A stretch of 64,000 nt of DNA from contig JAANOX010000084.1 of assembly GCA_020184695.1 (NCBI GenBank), positions 46,568-110,567 of the forward strand, read 5' to 3'. Source of the stretch: Histomonas meleagridis 2922-C6/04-290x (taxonomy: Eukaryota > Protista > Parabasalia). Under the pieces are notes generated by a model, which ran no database searches, had not been told where the DNA came from, and saw nothing but the letters and a program-made list of their open reading frames with translations. A program made the translations under genes and the position numbers. Positions within the stretch are counted from its first letter, which is position 1; every line of letters starts with the position of its first letter. Below are positions 44,520 to 55,623 of the stretch, piece after piece.

Positions 44520-47500
44520 CTAATTCGAGAATATATTTAAGTATTCTTCTTCGCCAGGTATTTCTCCTCCCAAATTCTCTATGTAATCCAATGTTGGCAT
44601 GAACAAATTTTTCGGTAATTTCAAGCAATCGAATTCATCCGAAACATTTTTCTGATTAATTTCGTCCACGACTTCTTTTGATTTTATTTCACCATTTCTT
44701 TTTACTGTTTTATCCATGAATGCTTCTATATCATTTTTATCAAATTTAAACACGTATTTAGTTTCATGGATTTCTTCTGGATCAATTCTAATTGATTCTG
44801 CCTCAAACAAAATCTTATTCCATTGTGTGAATGGTGTTATTTGATATTTCATACAACAGTTCTTCATGATTCGATCAGGGAATGGAAGTATTACTAAAGT
44901 TTGATCAATGGGATAAAACGGTGGCAAGTAAAGTATTGAATCCATTGAATTCATTTCACTTGTGATTTTCCACTTTTCTGGTTCGAACATTTCGGGAATT
45001 TCTTCGACAGGGAATTTACTTGGTGGTGGATGCGTTGCTAGCTTAACAAATACTGCCTTCTTTTGATATGCTTGAAGGAGCTCGCACTCAATGGAACTGT
45101 TTTCTTCTTCTTTATCTTTGATGGCAAAATTGATTATCCGTCCAAAATTTTCATATGGTACTGGACACTTGTCGAGTGAAAGTAATGCAACACAAACAGA
45201 ACAAACTGAGGCTGTACAAAATGGAGCATTTTTGATTAATAATGCATACATCCTCAAAACTAATAACATCAAATCCGTTGTTGCTAACTCAGCTAAGTCC
45301 TTTATCAACGACGTTTCACTCATTCTCATTGAATGTTCTCTAAATTCTTTCCAAATCGGCGAAATGTCAATTGACTTATTTGAAATATTTTCAGCGTATT
45401 CATCAAACATATTTTCATCACAATGAGTTGCGAAGTAAGGGATCAAGAACAGAATTGTTATAGCTTCAGCGTTAGCAACCTCGCAACCGTTTCTAAATGA
45501 TCCGACAATAACTTCATATTTTCCAATCATAGCCAACTTCAATACTGCTCTACAAAAAGACATTAATCCTTGAGGTAAGTCACGTGAATCGAGCAGTAAA
45601 TCTTCGGATCCAAGTTTTTGAAGTAAACCATCATAATTCTCTGGCACTTTTGTGACTTTTGTTGACTTGTTCAAATACGATTCAATTGCCTTAACGGTCA
45701 CCCCGAAGATACCGTTAAAGTCGTGATCGGACGCCAATAGAAATTCCGAGGCCACCCAAAACACTTTTTCTTGTGGTTCATCCAACAACAAATTTAAATC
45801 TGAAAGTAAATTAATTAATTTTGCTATATAACCATATAAAAGTTTCATATCAATTGAGTAATCATCGGCGAAAACAGAAAAGTTATGTTTTGTAATTGTT
45901 GTAGTATTTTTTTCTTTAATTGTAGTGATTAATATACTTAAAGTTCTAATGATAATATCAATCATAAATGGCTCAGAATGTGTAATATGATTTAATGTAA
46001 TAAATGACGCTTGACTTGATATATATAAATCACCACAAGAAGAAGCCCATTCGAAACAACATTCAAAGAATAACTTAAGTTGCGTTTGATTAAATCGTTT
46101 TTGTACCATTAAAACTGTTGGGTTTTCAGTACCAAAAATGTTTTTGATGATATTCTTTGAGATTTCGGATTGTTTCATTATTAAACAATATGATATTACA
46201 TAAGGTTCTGTTTGAGGGTTCTTTAATAACGATGTAAGCTCTAATACAAATTCGGTGATTTTCTTATATTCATCAACTGGTTCTGGTATATTTTCTTTGT
46301 CTTTGTTTTCTTTGTCTTTTTCTTTATCTTTTTCTTTAGCTTTGCCTAAAAATTCCATAAATTTGTTGATGTCAAATGATTGATCATATTTATGTAATTG
46401 TACTTGTTGATAAAACCAATATTTAAATTGTAATATTTTGTTGATTTTCGTTATTAATTTATCATAACGTTGACATAAATATTGTAATAATCGTAATGAA
46501 TTATCATGAAGATTATCATAGAAGTATAAACATATTACAAAGATAACTTCAAGATTATCAGAATTAGATGTTAATTCATCAATTAAATTAATCGATGATA
46601 CTTCAATAGTATTATTACATAATGACTTTAATAACATTTCTACAAATGAATAAGATGAAAATGATATAAAACATTGTTCACCATTTTCGACAATTCCATT
46701 TGTATCAGCTTGTATAAGTTTTACATTTTTAACCCATTCAGATATAAATCGTGCAAAGAATGAATAATAATGATCACAAAGTATTTTGAATGCCGCATAA
46801 AGAAATTGTTCAGCGCAGAAATTGAATGCTTTACTGAGTAAAGCATTCAACGCCATCAACGATTCAAATGACATGTCAGTTCCATCGTTCTCCATAAAGT
46901 ATTGAATAAGTTGTATGAATATTTCATCGTTTTTCTTAATCAATGCAAATGAAAATGAAATACTTTTCAATATTTTTAATGCATATTTTTGACAACCAGA
47001 TTTATCTGTCAAATATAATAAACAATTAGCTAATAAATAACCGATATAATTATAAATTAATTGAGAAAAATCTTTATCATGTTGTAACATCGGTAACGAA
47101 GCTCTTTCAGCTATAAATGAAATAATATCATTACTTGAAACGAAATCTTCGAATTGTTCTGCGATACAAATGAAATAATCGGATTTCTGATGTGCTCTTT
47201 TTAACAAGAACGGAATAAATGTTTGATAAGAACGTGATACAATACTAATTGCAGTTTCCACACTATTTTCTGCTAATTGTTGGAAATTAGTTGTGAATAT
47301 ATCAAATATTTCATTACAAATTGGCGCAACTGAATAATAATTAGAAAGTGCTTTCAATGAACAACTTGAAATTTCTTTATCATCATCCATAGATAAGTTA
47401 TACATGAAATAATACCAATTCTTGAAATTAATTTGGATTTTATCATCAAATATTTCCGAATTTGATGATCGCATAAATGGACCGCAAACATTTTCATAAT

Positions 47501-50273
47501 GATTTTCTTTATATCTAGAAAACATATTAAAAATCATTATCAATATATCAATTATATATTTCTTAATTTTTGGATCTTTAATATTCGTTTTAGAGATCGA
47601 ATTAATATTAACAATATTCTTTTCATTAAATATTTCAATAAATTTATCATATATTGGTAATATAGTGTTCATTATTACAAGAGGTTTATCTTGATTATTC
47701 TCCCACATGATTCGACTTGCATACGTCAAACCTTGAATAAAGTTATCATTATTAGAAATGATATTAATTAAAGAAGAATAAGCTAATTCGACCGATATCG
47801 ATGAAACGAACGAATTGAATAGGATTTGATCGTCTTGGATTAAAGGTAAAATTTCAAAAATTTTCTTAAATTCATTTGAATTTGATATTTCTAATGTACT
47901 ATTTGATATTATATATGTAGAAACATTTAATAAACACATTAAATCTTTCTTCTTTAATTCATCGAAAGAATTATTTAATATTTTAATCATGAAATTTAAT
48001 GAGTTTTTAATGATATATTGTAAATTAGAATTAGAATTTAAAGAAATAAATAAAACAGATAAATAAATATGATAAAGTTTATCATAATTAGATAATCCAA
48101 ATTCATAAAATGAATGATAAGGAATTGATAATAATTTACCTAAATCATAATCAAATGAAATCATTGAATACATTTTAATTACAAAGTTCTCGAATAATAT
48201 CGAATCTTTTTCTTGTATAAAATCATGAAATTCAGGAATAAGTTCAATCAAATTAAATACTTTTGTACGTATTAAATAAGAAGAAGAACAAAGTCCAAAT
48301 ATTATAATTGGTGAAACAGTTTCAATAATTTCTTTTGTTATCATATTATTCATTTTTAATATATAAAAAATCGAAATTAATAAATTCAATAATATATATA
48401 ATTGTTCATTTGTTGATGGAATATTTTCCATAATTTTTGTTAATATTTCATTCGATTTATCAATGTTATTTTGTATTAAATATTGTAATACTTTACAAAC
48501 AATCGCTGATTTCTTAACGGATTTATCATAAATATAATTACATAATGAACCAATTCTTTGTGCTGAATATTCGAATTTTGGTATTAATTGAAACATATAA
48601 TTTATCGGTTCATCTTTGTCCATTATAAAATTGGTATTTAATGAATTATCCTTTGATTGATTAAAAAAGTTTTCATTTCCTTTCGTTTTTAACATTTTCT
48701 TCCATGAAGAAATATCACAAATTCTTTTAATACTTGGCATTGATACTGGTATTGGTATTGAAGATTTAATTATATTATCTAAATCACATGGATTAATTGA
48801 TATAGAATATATGTTAGAACCAATGTTTGGTTTTAATGATTTAAATAATTGTTCAATGATTTTATTCATTTCATCTTTAAGTTTTTGGATTTCATTTGGA
48901 TAATTTTCTTCAATATAATGAATCGATAAAATATCAGAAACAAATTCAAATAAAATTCGGCCATTGCTTAATACAAATAATGGCTTCTTAAAGCGTGGAA
49001 ATTGTTTTTCTAAAAACGTCGGAAAGTTATTAATGATACTTTGAATTATGAAAAATTTTATGTCTTTTTGTGGAGTAGAAAAGATTCCAAATGAAAAAAG
49101 TTTTTGATATATTTCATCAATTTGTTCTTCTGTTAATTTACTATTAGTTTTTTCATATGTAAATGTTTTATTACATCGATTTATATATTTGTTACCACAT
49201 ATTAATTGCCGAATTGAATAAAATATTAATTGTGATGAAGTTTGAAATTCTTCAAGTAATTTATATGAATTTTGTAATATCATTTTAACATTAATTTCAG
49301 TTTCAAAATAATTGTCGTTCATACATAGTATACTTGACAATATCGGTAATGAAACAGGTGAATTTTGGGTTTTAAGAGCTTCACTTTCGATAATTCGAAC
49401 AAACTCTGACTTGGCTCGTTCTGGTGATATACTCATCTCACTACAAAGAAGATTTGATATGAAGTATGAAGTAGAAATTTGTTCAATGCTGATTTTCGGT
49501 TTGTATTGAAACAAATTCAATAGATTTCTGAACGATTTCGATTTTCCAAGGTTTACAATGTCTTCTTCTGTCATGCCTTTGGTTGAAACAGAACGATAGA
49601 GTGAAAGGAACAAAGAATAGAAATCTGAAATTTGGGGAGTTTCATCAATTAACTTAACTAATAAGTCATAGGTTTGCTTGGGATGAATTATTGAAAGATG
49701 ATAAATAACTGCTTCATATTTTCGAATGTTAACAGTTTTGAGAAGAGCAATCAATGCGTTTATATATGGTTGCTCTGTCTCTTCAAAATATGTGGTAAAA
49801 TAATCAAAAAGAAATGTTAAATCACAGTTTGGATTTCGACCTTCACTTTCAAAGTACATCTTGATGGTATCAGCAATTATACCATCGGTGAATATAAAAA
49901 GTATTGATCGAATTATTGGATCAGCTTTTTGAGCTACTGTTAACCTTAGCCTAGAAACATAATGAGTTGATTCAAGTTTGTGTTTTGTGATGGGGTTTGA
50001 TATATCAAGATCAATTGGTACAAAATAATTCAAAATTTCTTTGAAACATGATTCTGGTTGATTTTGAGCAAGGGCTATAAACTTCTTTATTGATGTCTTA
50101 GTTGTATCATCAATGCATGGAAAGGATTTAATAAAATTAATAAACTTCGAATTAATCGTTGTGATTTCATAATTTGGTAATTCTTTGATAATACTTTGTA
50201 TATATGAAGCAAAACTCAAGGAAATTTTGGAATTAATCGCGTCAATTGCGACGAGATTCGGATTTTTGTTCAT
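44520..50273 (-). CDS. Furry/Tao3/Mor2-like cell morphogenesis HEAT scaffold
   Basis: 1917 aa helical protein; FEWASSCGDLYISSQASFITL resembles the Fry W-A-x-x-C...R-S-F-Q motif. Confidence 0.6.
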   Translation of the reverse strand: MNKNPNLVAIDAINSKISLSFASYIQSIIKELPNYEITTINSKFINFIKSFPCIDDTTKTSIKKFIALAQNQPESCFKEILNYFVPIDLDISNPITKHKLESTHYVSRLRLTVAQKADPIIRSILFIFTDGIIADTIKMYFESEGRNPNCDLTFLFDYFTTYFEETEQPYINALIALLKTVNIRKYEAVIYHLSIIHPKQTYDLLVKLIDETPQISDFYSLFLSLYRSVSTKGMTEEDIVNLGKSKSFRNLLNLFQYKPKISIEQISTSYFISNLLCSEMSISPERAKSEFVRIIESEALKTQNSPVSLPILSSILCMNDNYFETEINVKMILQNSYKLLEEFQTSSQLIFYSIRQLICGNKYINRCNKTFTYEKTNSKLTEEQIDEIYQKLFSFGIFSTPQKDIKFFIIQSIINNFPTFLEKQFPRFKKPLFVLSNGRILFEFVSDILSIHYIEENYPNEIQKLKDEMNKIIEQLFKSLKPNIGSNIYSISINPCDLDNIIKSSIPIPVSMPSIKRICDISSWKKMLKTKGNENFFNQSKDNSLNTNFIMDKDEPINYMFQLIPKFEYSAQRIGSLCNYIYDKSVKKSAIVCKVLQYLIQNNIDKSNEILTKIMENIPSTNEQLYILLNLLISIFYILKMNNMITKEIIETVSPIIIFGLCSSSYLIRTKVFNLIELIPEFHDFIQEKDSILFENFVIKMYSMISFDYDLGKLLSIPYHSFYEFGLSNYDKLYHIYLSVLFISLNSNSNLQYIIKNSLNFMIKILNNSFDELKKKDLMCLLNVSTYIISNSTLEISNSNEFKKIFEILPLIQDDQILFNSFVSSISVELAYSSLINIISNNDNFIQGLTYASRIMWENNQDKPLVIMNTILPIYDKFIEIFNEKNIVNINSISKTNIKDPKIKKYIIDILIMIFNMFSRYKENHYENVCGPFMRSSNSEIFDDKIQINFKNWYYFMYNLSMDDDKEISSCSLKALSNYYSVAPICNEIFDIFTTNFQQLAENSVETAISIVSRSYQTFIPFLLKRAHQKSDYFICIAEQFEDFVSSNDIISFIAERASLPMLQHDKDFSQLIYNYIGYLLANCLLYLTDKSGCQKYALKILKSISFSFALIKKNDEIFIQLIQYFMENDGTDMSFESLMALNALLSKAFNFCAEQFLYAAFKILCDHYYSFFARFISEWVKNVKLIQADTNGIVENGEQCFISFSSYSFVEMLLKSLCNNTIEVSSINLIDELTSNSDNLEVIFVICLYFYDNLHDNSLRLLQYLCQRYDKLITKINKILQFKYWFYQQVQLHKYDQSFDINKFMEFLGKAKEKDKEKDKENKDKENIPEPVDEYKKITEFVLELTSLLKNPQTEPYVISYCLIMKQSEISKNIIKNIFGTENPTVLMVQKRFNQTQLKLFFECCFEWASSCGDLYISSQASFITLNHITHSEPFMIDIIIRTLSILITTIKEKNTTTITKHNFSVFADDYSIDMKLLYGYIAKLINLLSDLNLLLDEPQEKVFWVASEFLLASDHDFNGIFGVTVKAIESYLNKSTKVTKVPENYDGLLQKLGSEDLLLDSRDLPQGLMSFCRAVLKLAMIGKYEVIVGSFRNGCEVANAEAITILFLIPYFATHCDENMFDEYAENISNKSIDISPIWKEFREHSMRMSETSLIKDLAELATTDLMLLVLRMYALLIKNAPFCTASVCSVCVALLSLDKCPVPYENFGRIINFAIKDKEEENSSIECELLQAYQKKAVFVKLATHPPPSKFPVEEIPEMFEPEKWKITSEMNSMDSILYLPPFYPIDQTLVILPFPDRIMKNCCMKYQITPFTQWNKILFEAESIRIDPEEIHETKYVFKFDKNDIEAFMDKTVKRNGEIKSKEVVDEINQKNVSDEFDCLKLPKNLFMPTLDYIENLGGEIPGEEEYLNIFSN

Positions 50274-50491
50274 TTTGCCTGAATGAAAAACCGCTTGTTG
50301 GCTTTTTTAATATAAACCATTGAATGAGCGGTTCAACATACAAGAAATTGACAAGTTAATTCAAAGAAAAGTGTCTCAACTACGACCGTTAATTCCAACC
50401 AAATTTAAGTGCGCACTTATCGACTTTCAACCTTTATTTTTGAGATGATTTTGATCAACATATCTAAGAAAAAATTTGTTAACGGTCGTCG

Positions 50492-50497
50492 TCATTA
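50492..50497 (+). promoter_or_regulatory. Inr motif TCATTA upstream of the GH3 gene
   Basis: Matches TCAYTW, ~22 nt upstream of ATG 50519. Confidence 0.55.
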
Positions 50498-50518
50498 CAT
50501 TTTCTTTCACATTTCGCA

Positions 50519-52672
50519 ATGGAACCCTACAAAGATCCAACAAAATCAATAGAAGAACGAGTTGAAGACCTATTATCCAGAATGACAATTGAAGAAAAAG
50601 TCGGGCAAATGGTTCAATTTGACGGTCGAGAAAATCTCAATGAAACATTGGAAACCCAACATCCAGGATCAGTTCTTCATTTACTTGGTAATGAAGTTGC
50701 ACGTGTAATTGATTTCCAACGTAAGACAAGACTTGGTATCCCAATTCTTGTTGGTATTGATGCAATTCATGGACATTCATTTTGGTCTGGTGCCACAATT
50801 TTCCCGACCCAGCTTGGTATTGCACAATCTTGGGACAAAGAACTCATTGAAAAGATGGGAGAAATCACAGCATCCGAGATGCGATACACCGGAATTTCCA
50901 TGACATTTTCACCAGTTTGTTGTATTGCACGTGATCTTCGCTGGGGTCGTGTTGGTGAAACTTTTGGTGAAGATCCATATCTCATTGGTGAATTTGCATC
51001 CGCTCTTTGTCGTGGATACCAAGGCAAAACATTAAGTGGTGATCCCGAGAAAGTTCTTGCGTGCACCAAACATTTTGCAGGCTATTCAGAGACTCAAGGT
51101 GGTCGCGATGCAAGTGAAGCAGATATTTCACATCGAAAATTACTATCATATTTTCTCCCTCCATTTCAGAAAGTATGTGAAACAGGTGTAGGGTCGTTTA
51201 TGGTTGGGTACCAATCCATGGAAGGGCTTCCAAGCTCAGGTAACCCATGGCTTCTTCGACACATCCTCAAAGAAGTTTGGTCCTTTAATGGGTTCTTATT
51301 AACTGATTGGAACAATGTTGGATGGCTAGTTGAAGACCAAAAAGTTTGTAAAGATTACGAAGATGCTGCAGCACTTGCTGTCCGTAGTGGCTGCGACATG
51401 ATAATGACCACTCCTAAGTTTTATGAAGGCTGTCTTTCAGCTATTGAAAATGGTAAACTTAACATCGAAGACATTGATTCATCATGCCGACGAATATTAC
51501 GTATGAAATTCAAGTTAGGACTATTTGAAGATGATCGATATCCTAATGAAGAATTAGCGAACAAACGAAACGGGACGAAAGAACATCGAAAAGTTGCTTT
51601 AGAAGCGGCACTTAAATCATTAGTGTTAGTTAAGAACGACGGAATTTTACCTCTTCGTAATGACGCACAACAAAAAATCGCATTAATCGGGCCAAACGCT
51701 GATCATGCATGGGCGCAACTTGGAGATTGGTCATTAGGAACAGGGCAAACACGTATTCCATATAAGCAACCACGCGAATGCATCGTCACTGTTAAAGATG
51801 CATTAGAGAAACGACTTAAGAACAATTTATTATATGAAGCAGGCGCAAAATGTGAACCTGACGATGAATATAATTATGAAGAAGCTATGAAGAAGGCATC
51901 GGAATCAGATTTAGTTATTATTGTTGTTGGTGATCGATTAAGTTATTGGGGAGAAACTAAAAGCACTGCAACACTTAAGTTACAAGGAAACCAAAAGGAA
52001 CTAATTAAAGGCGTTATAAACTTGAAGAAGAAGTTTATAATCGACGTAATATCTTCAAAGCCTTTAATACTTCCGAAATGCGCTGATGAAGCGAGCGCTA
52101 TAATTTATCAGTTTTCCCCTGGAATGCTCGGCGGAAAAGCTTTCGATAAAATTATATTCGGAGACTTTGAGCCAAGAGGAAGATTGACGATCTCGATTCC
52201 TTATCATATTGGTCAACAGCCAATTTATTATAATGTGGTAAAAGGTCAGCACGGTGACCGTTATGCCGACATGACACAAAAACCAAAATACGAATTCGGC
52301 TATGGTTTACAATATACAAATATTGAATACGTTATGGCAAAAGTCGATAAGGAAGTTTACAACGTAAATGATGTGATAAAAGTGACGGTGGCCGTTAAGA
52401 ATACTGGAAATAGAATTGGTACCGAAGTAATTCAGGTTTATATAACTGATCTAATTACTTCAGTCACATGGGCATGCCAAGAATTAAAGGGTTATTCAGT
52501 TGTGGAGTTAAAGCCTAATGAGGAAAAAAGTGTTGAAATAGAAATTCCATGTAAAGATTGCAGCATCGTAAATGCTAATTGCGAAAGAGTAGTAGAACCT
52601 GGTGAATTCGAAGCAAGAGTTGGAAAGTCTTCTCTTGATATAAAATACGTGTTAAAATTCAACATTGAGTAA
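50519..52672 (+). CDS. GH3 beta-glucosidase (BglX-like)
   Basis: EEKVGQM, DAIHGH, RDLRWGRVGETFGEDP, KHFAGY, LTDW nucleophile, C-terminal Fn3-like domain. Confidence 0.93.
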   Translation: MEPYKDPTKSIEERVEDLLSRMTIEEKVGQMVQFDGRENLNETLETQHPGSVLHLLGNEVARVIDFQRKTRLGIPILVGIDAIHGHSFWSGATIFPTQLGIAQSWDKELIEKMGEITASEMRYTGISMTFSPVCCIARDLRWGRVGETFGEDPYLIGEFASALCRGYQGKTLSGDPEKVLACTKHFAGYSETQGGRDASEADISHRKLLSYFLPPFQKVCETGVGSFMVGYQSMEGLPSSGNPWLLRHILKEVWSFNGFLLTDWNNVGWLVEDQKVCKDYEDAAALAVRSGCDMIMTTPKFYEGCLSAIENGKLNIEDIDSSCRRILRMKFKLGLFEDDRYPNEELANKRNGTKEHRKVALEAALKSLVLVKNDGILPLRNDAQQKIALIGPNADHAWAQLGDWSLGTGQTRIPYKQPRECIVTVKDALEKRLKNNLLYEAGAKCEPDDEYNYEEAMKKASESDLVIIVVGDRLSYWGETKSTATLKLQGNQKELIKGVINLKKKFIIDVISSKPLILPKCADEASAIIYQFSPGMLGGKAFDKIIFGDFEPRGRLTISIPYHIGQQPIYYNVVKGQHGDRYADMTQKPKYEFGYGLQYTNIEYVMAKVDKEVYNVNDVIKVTVAVKNTGNRIGTEVIQVYITDLITSVTWACQELKGYSVVELKPNEEKSVEIEIPCKDCSIVNANCERVVEPGEFEARVGKSSLDIKYVLKFNIE

Positions 52673-53049
52673 AAATAATTAGTAAGAATTAAATAAATAA
52701 TTCGGTTTTAACTGTGAATTCGATAAATATAAAAAGTTACTTCATGTGTTTATGTTTTAAGTTGTCCAAAGCCTCCAAAAATGAACAAATTGCTTTAGGA
52801 ATCTTCCTGTATAATGAATCAATAAAAAAAATGCTAAAGACATAATTTTAAATTTTTGCTTTGATCATTAGATATTTTTAGAATCTAGCATAATCTAAAA
52901 ACAAAACAAACAAACAATAACAAAAATGAGAAATTTTATAATTAAGTTTTTTTCTGCTTTGAATTCGAGCTTTCGTTTTAGGTTTTAAAGCTCAAAAAGT
53001 TTTATTAAACTTTTGTGATTTGTGCAGAAAAAATAAGACAATAAATTAC

Positions 53050-54180
53050 AAACATGTAAATTCAATTGGTTGAAATGATGAAATCGAAAAACTTCAAGAA
53101 ATATCATCACAAGAAAAATTTGACTTTAATCAAACTATTAAACCATCTCTTTATGAAAAATGTTCATTTGTTAATGAAGGAATTGTTTCATTAATTGATT
53201 ATGCAGCATTTTTTCTGCTGTTAAATGTTTTAAATATTTACTTATGAAGGGTTCGAAAGTAGATAAAACACGTAAATATGCAGTTGCAGGTGGAAATGAA
53301 GAAATCATTCATTTATGTGAACAAAAGCATTCATCATTTTTTTGTGCATATGAAGCATCAATTAAATTCCATAAAAATAATATCTTTATATATATTTGTA
53401 ATAAAAAATTATATACATTTAATGAATACACTTTTAGAAATATGTTATTCAATGTGTAAGTTATGAAATTTTTTCATTTCTACTTGAAAATGGAATGAAA
53501 GTTAATGATAATATGATAAATGAAACAATAAAAAATGGGAATTTATACCTTCTTAAACATATTCTCCAAGAATACAAAATTCCAACTAACACTTTAATTT
53601 TAGCAATTTCAGAAGGCTATACAGAAATAGTCAAATTACTTCTTGAAAAGGAAGGAATTGATGCTAATGTTAAAGATTATATTTATAGATTTTATTTAAT
53701 ACATTAAAATAATATTTAGAAATTATTTCCAATATTTAATATAGCACTTATATTGGCAATACAAAATAATCAAATCAATATTGTTAAATTACTTCTTGGA
53801 AAGGAAGGAAATGACACTAATGTTAAAGATGATATTTATATATTTTATTTTGGTTTTCAAAATAATATTTGAAAAATACTTAAAATATTTAAAACAGCAC
53901 TAATGTTAGCAATCCAAATACTAATGCTAAAGATAAAATTTATACATTTTATATAATATATCAAAATAATAATTAGAATTTATTTCAAATATTTAGAACA
54001 CTTATGAAAGCATCTTCAAATCATCATACAGAAATAGTCAAATTACTTCTTGAAAAGGAATGGTAATGCAAATGATTAATTTTATACGTTATATTGGAAG
54101 TTTCAAAATAATAATTTGAATTCAAAATGCTTTAAATATTTAATATAGCACTTATAATGGTATATTTAAAATGTTATACT
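53050..54180 (+). pseudogene. DUF3447-ankyrin pseudogene with 48-nt inserts
   Basis: DUF3447 fragments with frameshifts; inserts at 53684-53731, 53837-53884 and 53941-53988 plus a damaged fourth. Confidence 0.75.
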
Positions 54181-54815
54181 TATTAAAAAAGGTGCTAATG
54201 TAATTACATTTGGATCCAAATCCACAATTTTTGGATAGTCAAAAAAAATTAAGGGAATTTTTATAATCAGATGAATAAATTTATATTAGATACAAATGAT
54301 CTTCATATTTTGCTTAATAGATATTGATTTTTTAAATTTTTATCACCATTTCGATTTGCTTACAATTTGTAACATAACATAACAACTATTGGCCTTGTGT
54401 ATCGTAGTTACCGATGATGTAAATTATAGAAAAAATAGTTTTTATCAAAAAAAAAAAAAAAAAGTCATATCACATATACTTTCACAGAAAAAGTCGAAAT
54501 GATAAAAATTGAATTTAATGTTTTTAAACTCATGGAGCTAAGGGCAATTCTACAATGAGGGTTTTCAAAGTTAGTCTGACAATAATTAATCAATTCTTAA
54601 AATTTTAAGAAGACAAAAATAAAAATATTTCATTCAGCACTAGATTGAATCTTTATTATTTTTTTTTAATCCATAATTTTTAATATTTAAATCAAATCTA
54701 AAATACTTTTTGATTGTTTGAGATTTTATAAAAATCGATTTTTTTGAAATAAATTACAACCAAAAAACACCAAAAAGTTCAATGATCTTAATTATAATTG
54801 TAAAAATAAATTAAA

Positions 54816-55286
54816 TTATAAAGAAACTGTAAAAAAGTCAATGTTTGTGACACTAATGGGCTTCATGAGAATGTTGTCGAATTCAAAAAAATCGTTTTCG
54901 TCTTTTTCCCATTGATATTCTTTTCCTGATTCTGATTTGATTATCCATTTATTGCAATCAACCACATCAATCCGACAATTTTTGCAGTCAACAACCATTA
55001 GAGGTTCCCATTGCATTGATTTACTTACACCTTTTTCAATGAATAAATCAACAATGGAAATTGAGTTTTGCAATTTGCACTCAGGGCATATTTGGATAAA
55101 GTTCTCAGGTTCGTTTTGTATTTTTACGTTATTTGTAACATGACCACAATTTGTGCAAGCGATTGAAAAATATAAAGACCTTATGCTTTCTGGTCTTACA
55201 TTTTGTACAGAGTCTATGCATCCCCTTATCTTGATTTCATGTGTTCCATTTTTAGGAGGTTTTATGCTTCTTTTTCTTTTTTCCAT
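54816..55286 (-). CDS. CXXC zinc-binding protein (DUF866/CZIB-like)
   Basis: CTNCG...CPECK pair, EPLMVVDC, SESGKEY. Confidence 0.7.
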   Translation of the reverse strand: MEKRKRSIKPPKNGTHEIKIRGCIDSVQNVRPESIRSLYFSIACTNCGHVTNNVKIQNEPENFIQICPECKLQNSISIVDLFIEKGVSKSMQWEPLMVVDCKNCRIDVVDCNKWIIKSESGKEYQWEKDENDFFEFDNILMKPISVTNIDFFTVSL

Positions 55287-55623
55287 TCACTTCTTCAATA
55301 TGTTTTAATCGTCAACCGCTGTTTGCCATTCAAATTAATGGATGATCAAAAGAAAAGAAAAAAAAAAATAAGAAGAAGTTATTAGACGATTTTTATTTGT
55401 TAACCATTAAAAATAAATCAAGACTTTGTTTTCGCATGTCTTATTTAATATGTCAAAAATGAAATCTTAAAATGTAATGATCAAATTGATTAAAAAATAA
55501 AAAAATAAGAAATCGATTGGAAATTTAAAAAAATTAGCTCAAAGTGAATTTACAGCTATAAGTTTTTTTTGGGAATGATGAAAGATGAAAGTGAACTTCT
55601 GTATCGTTTACGGTTTTGACGGT

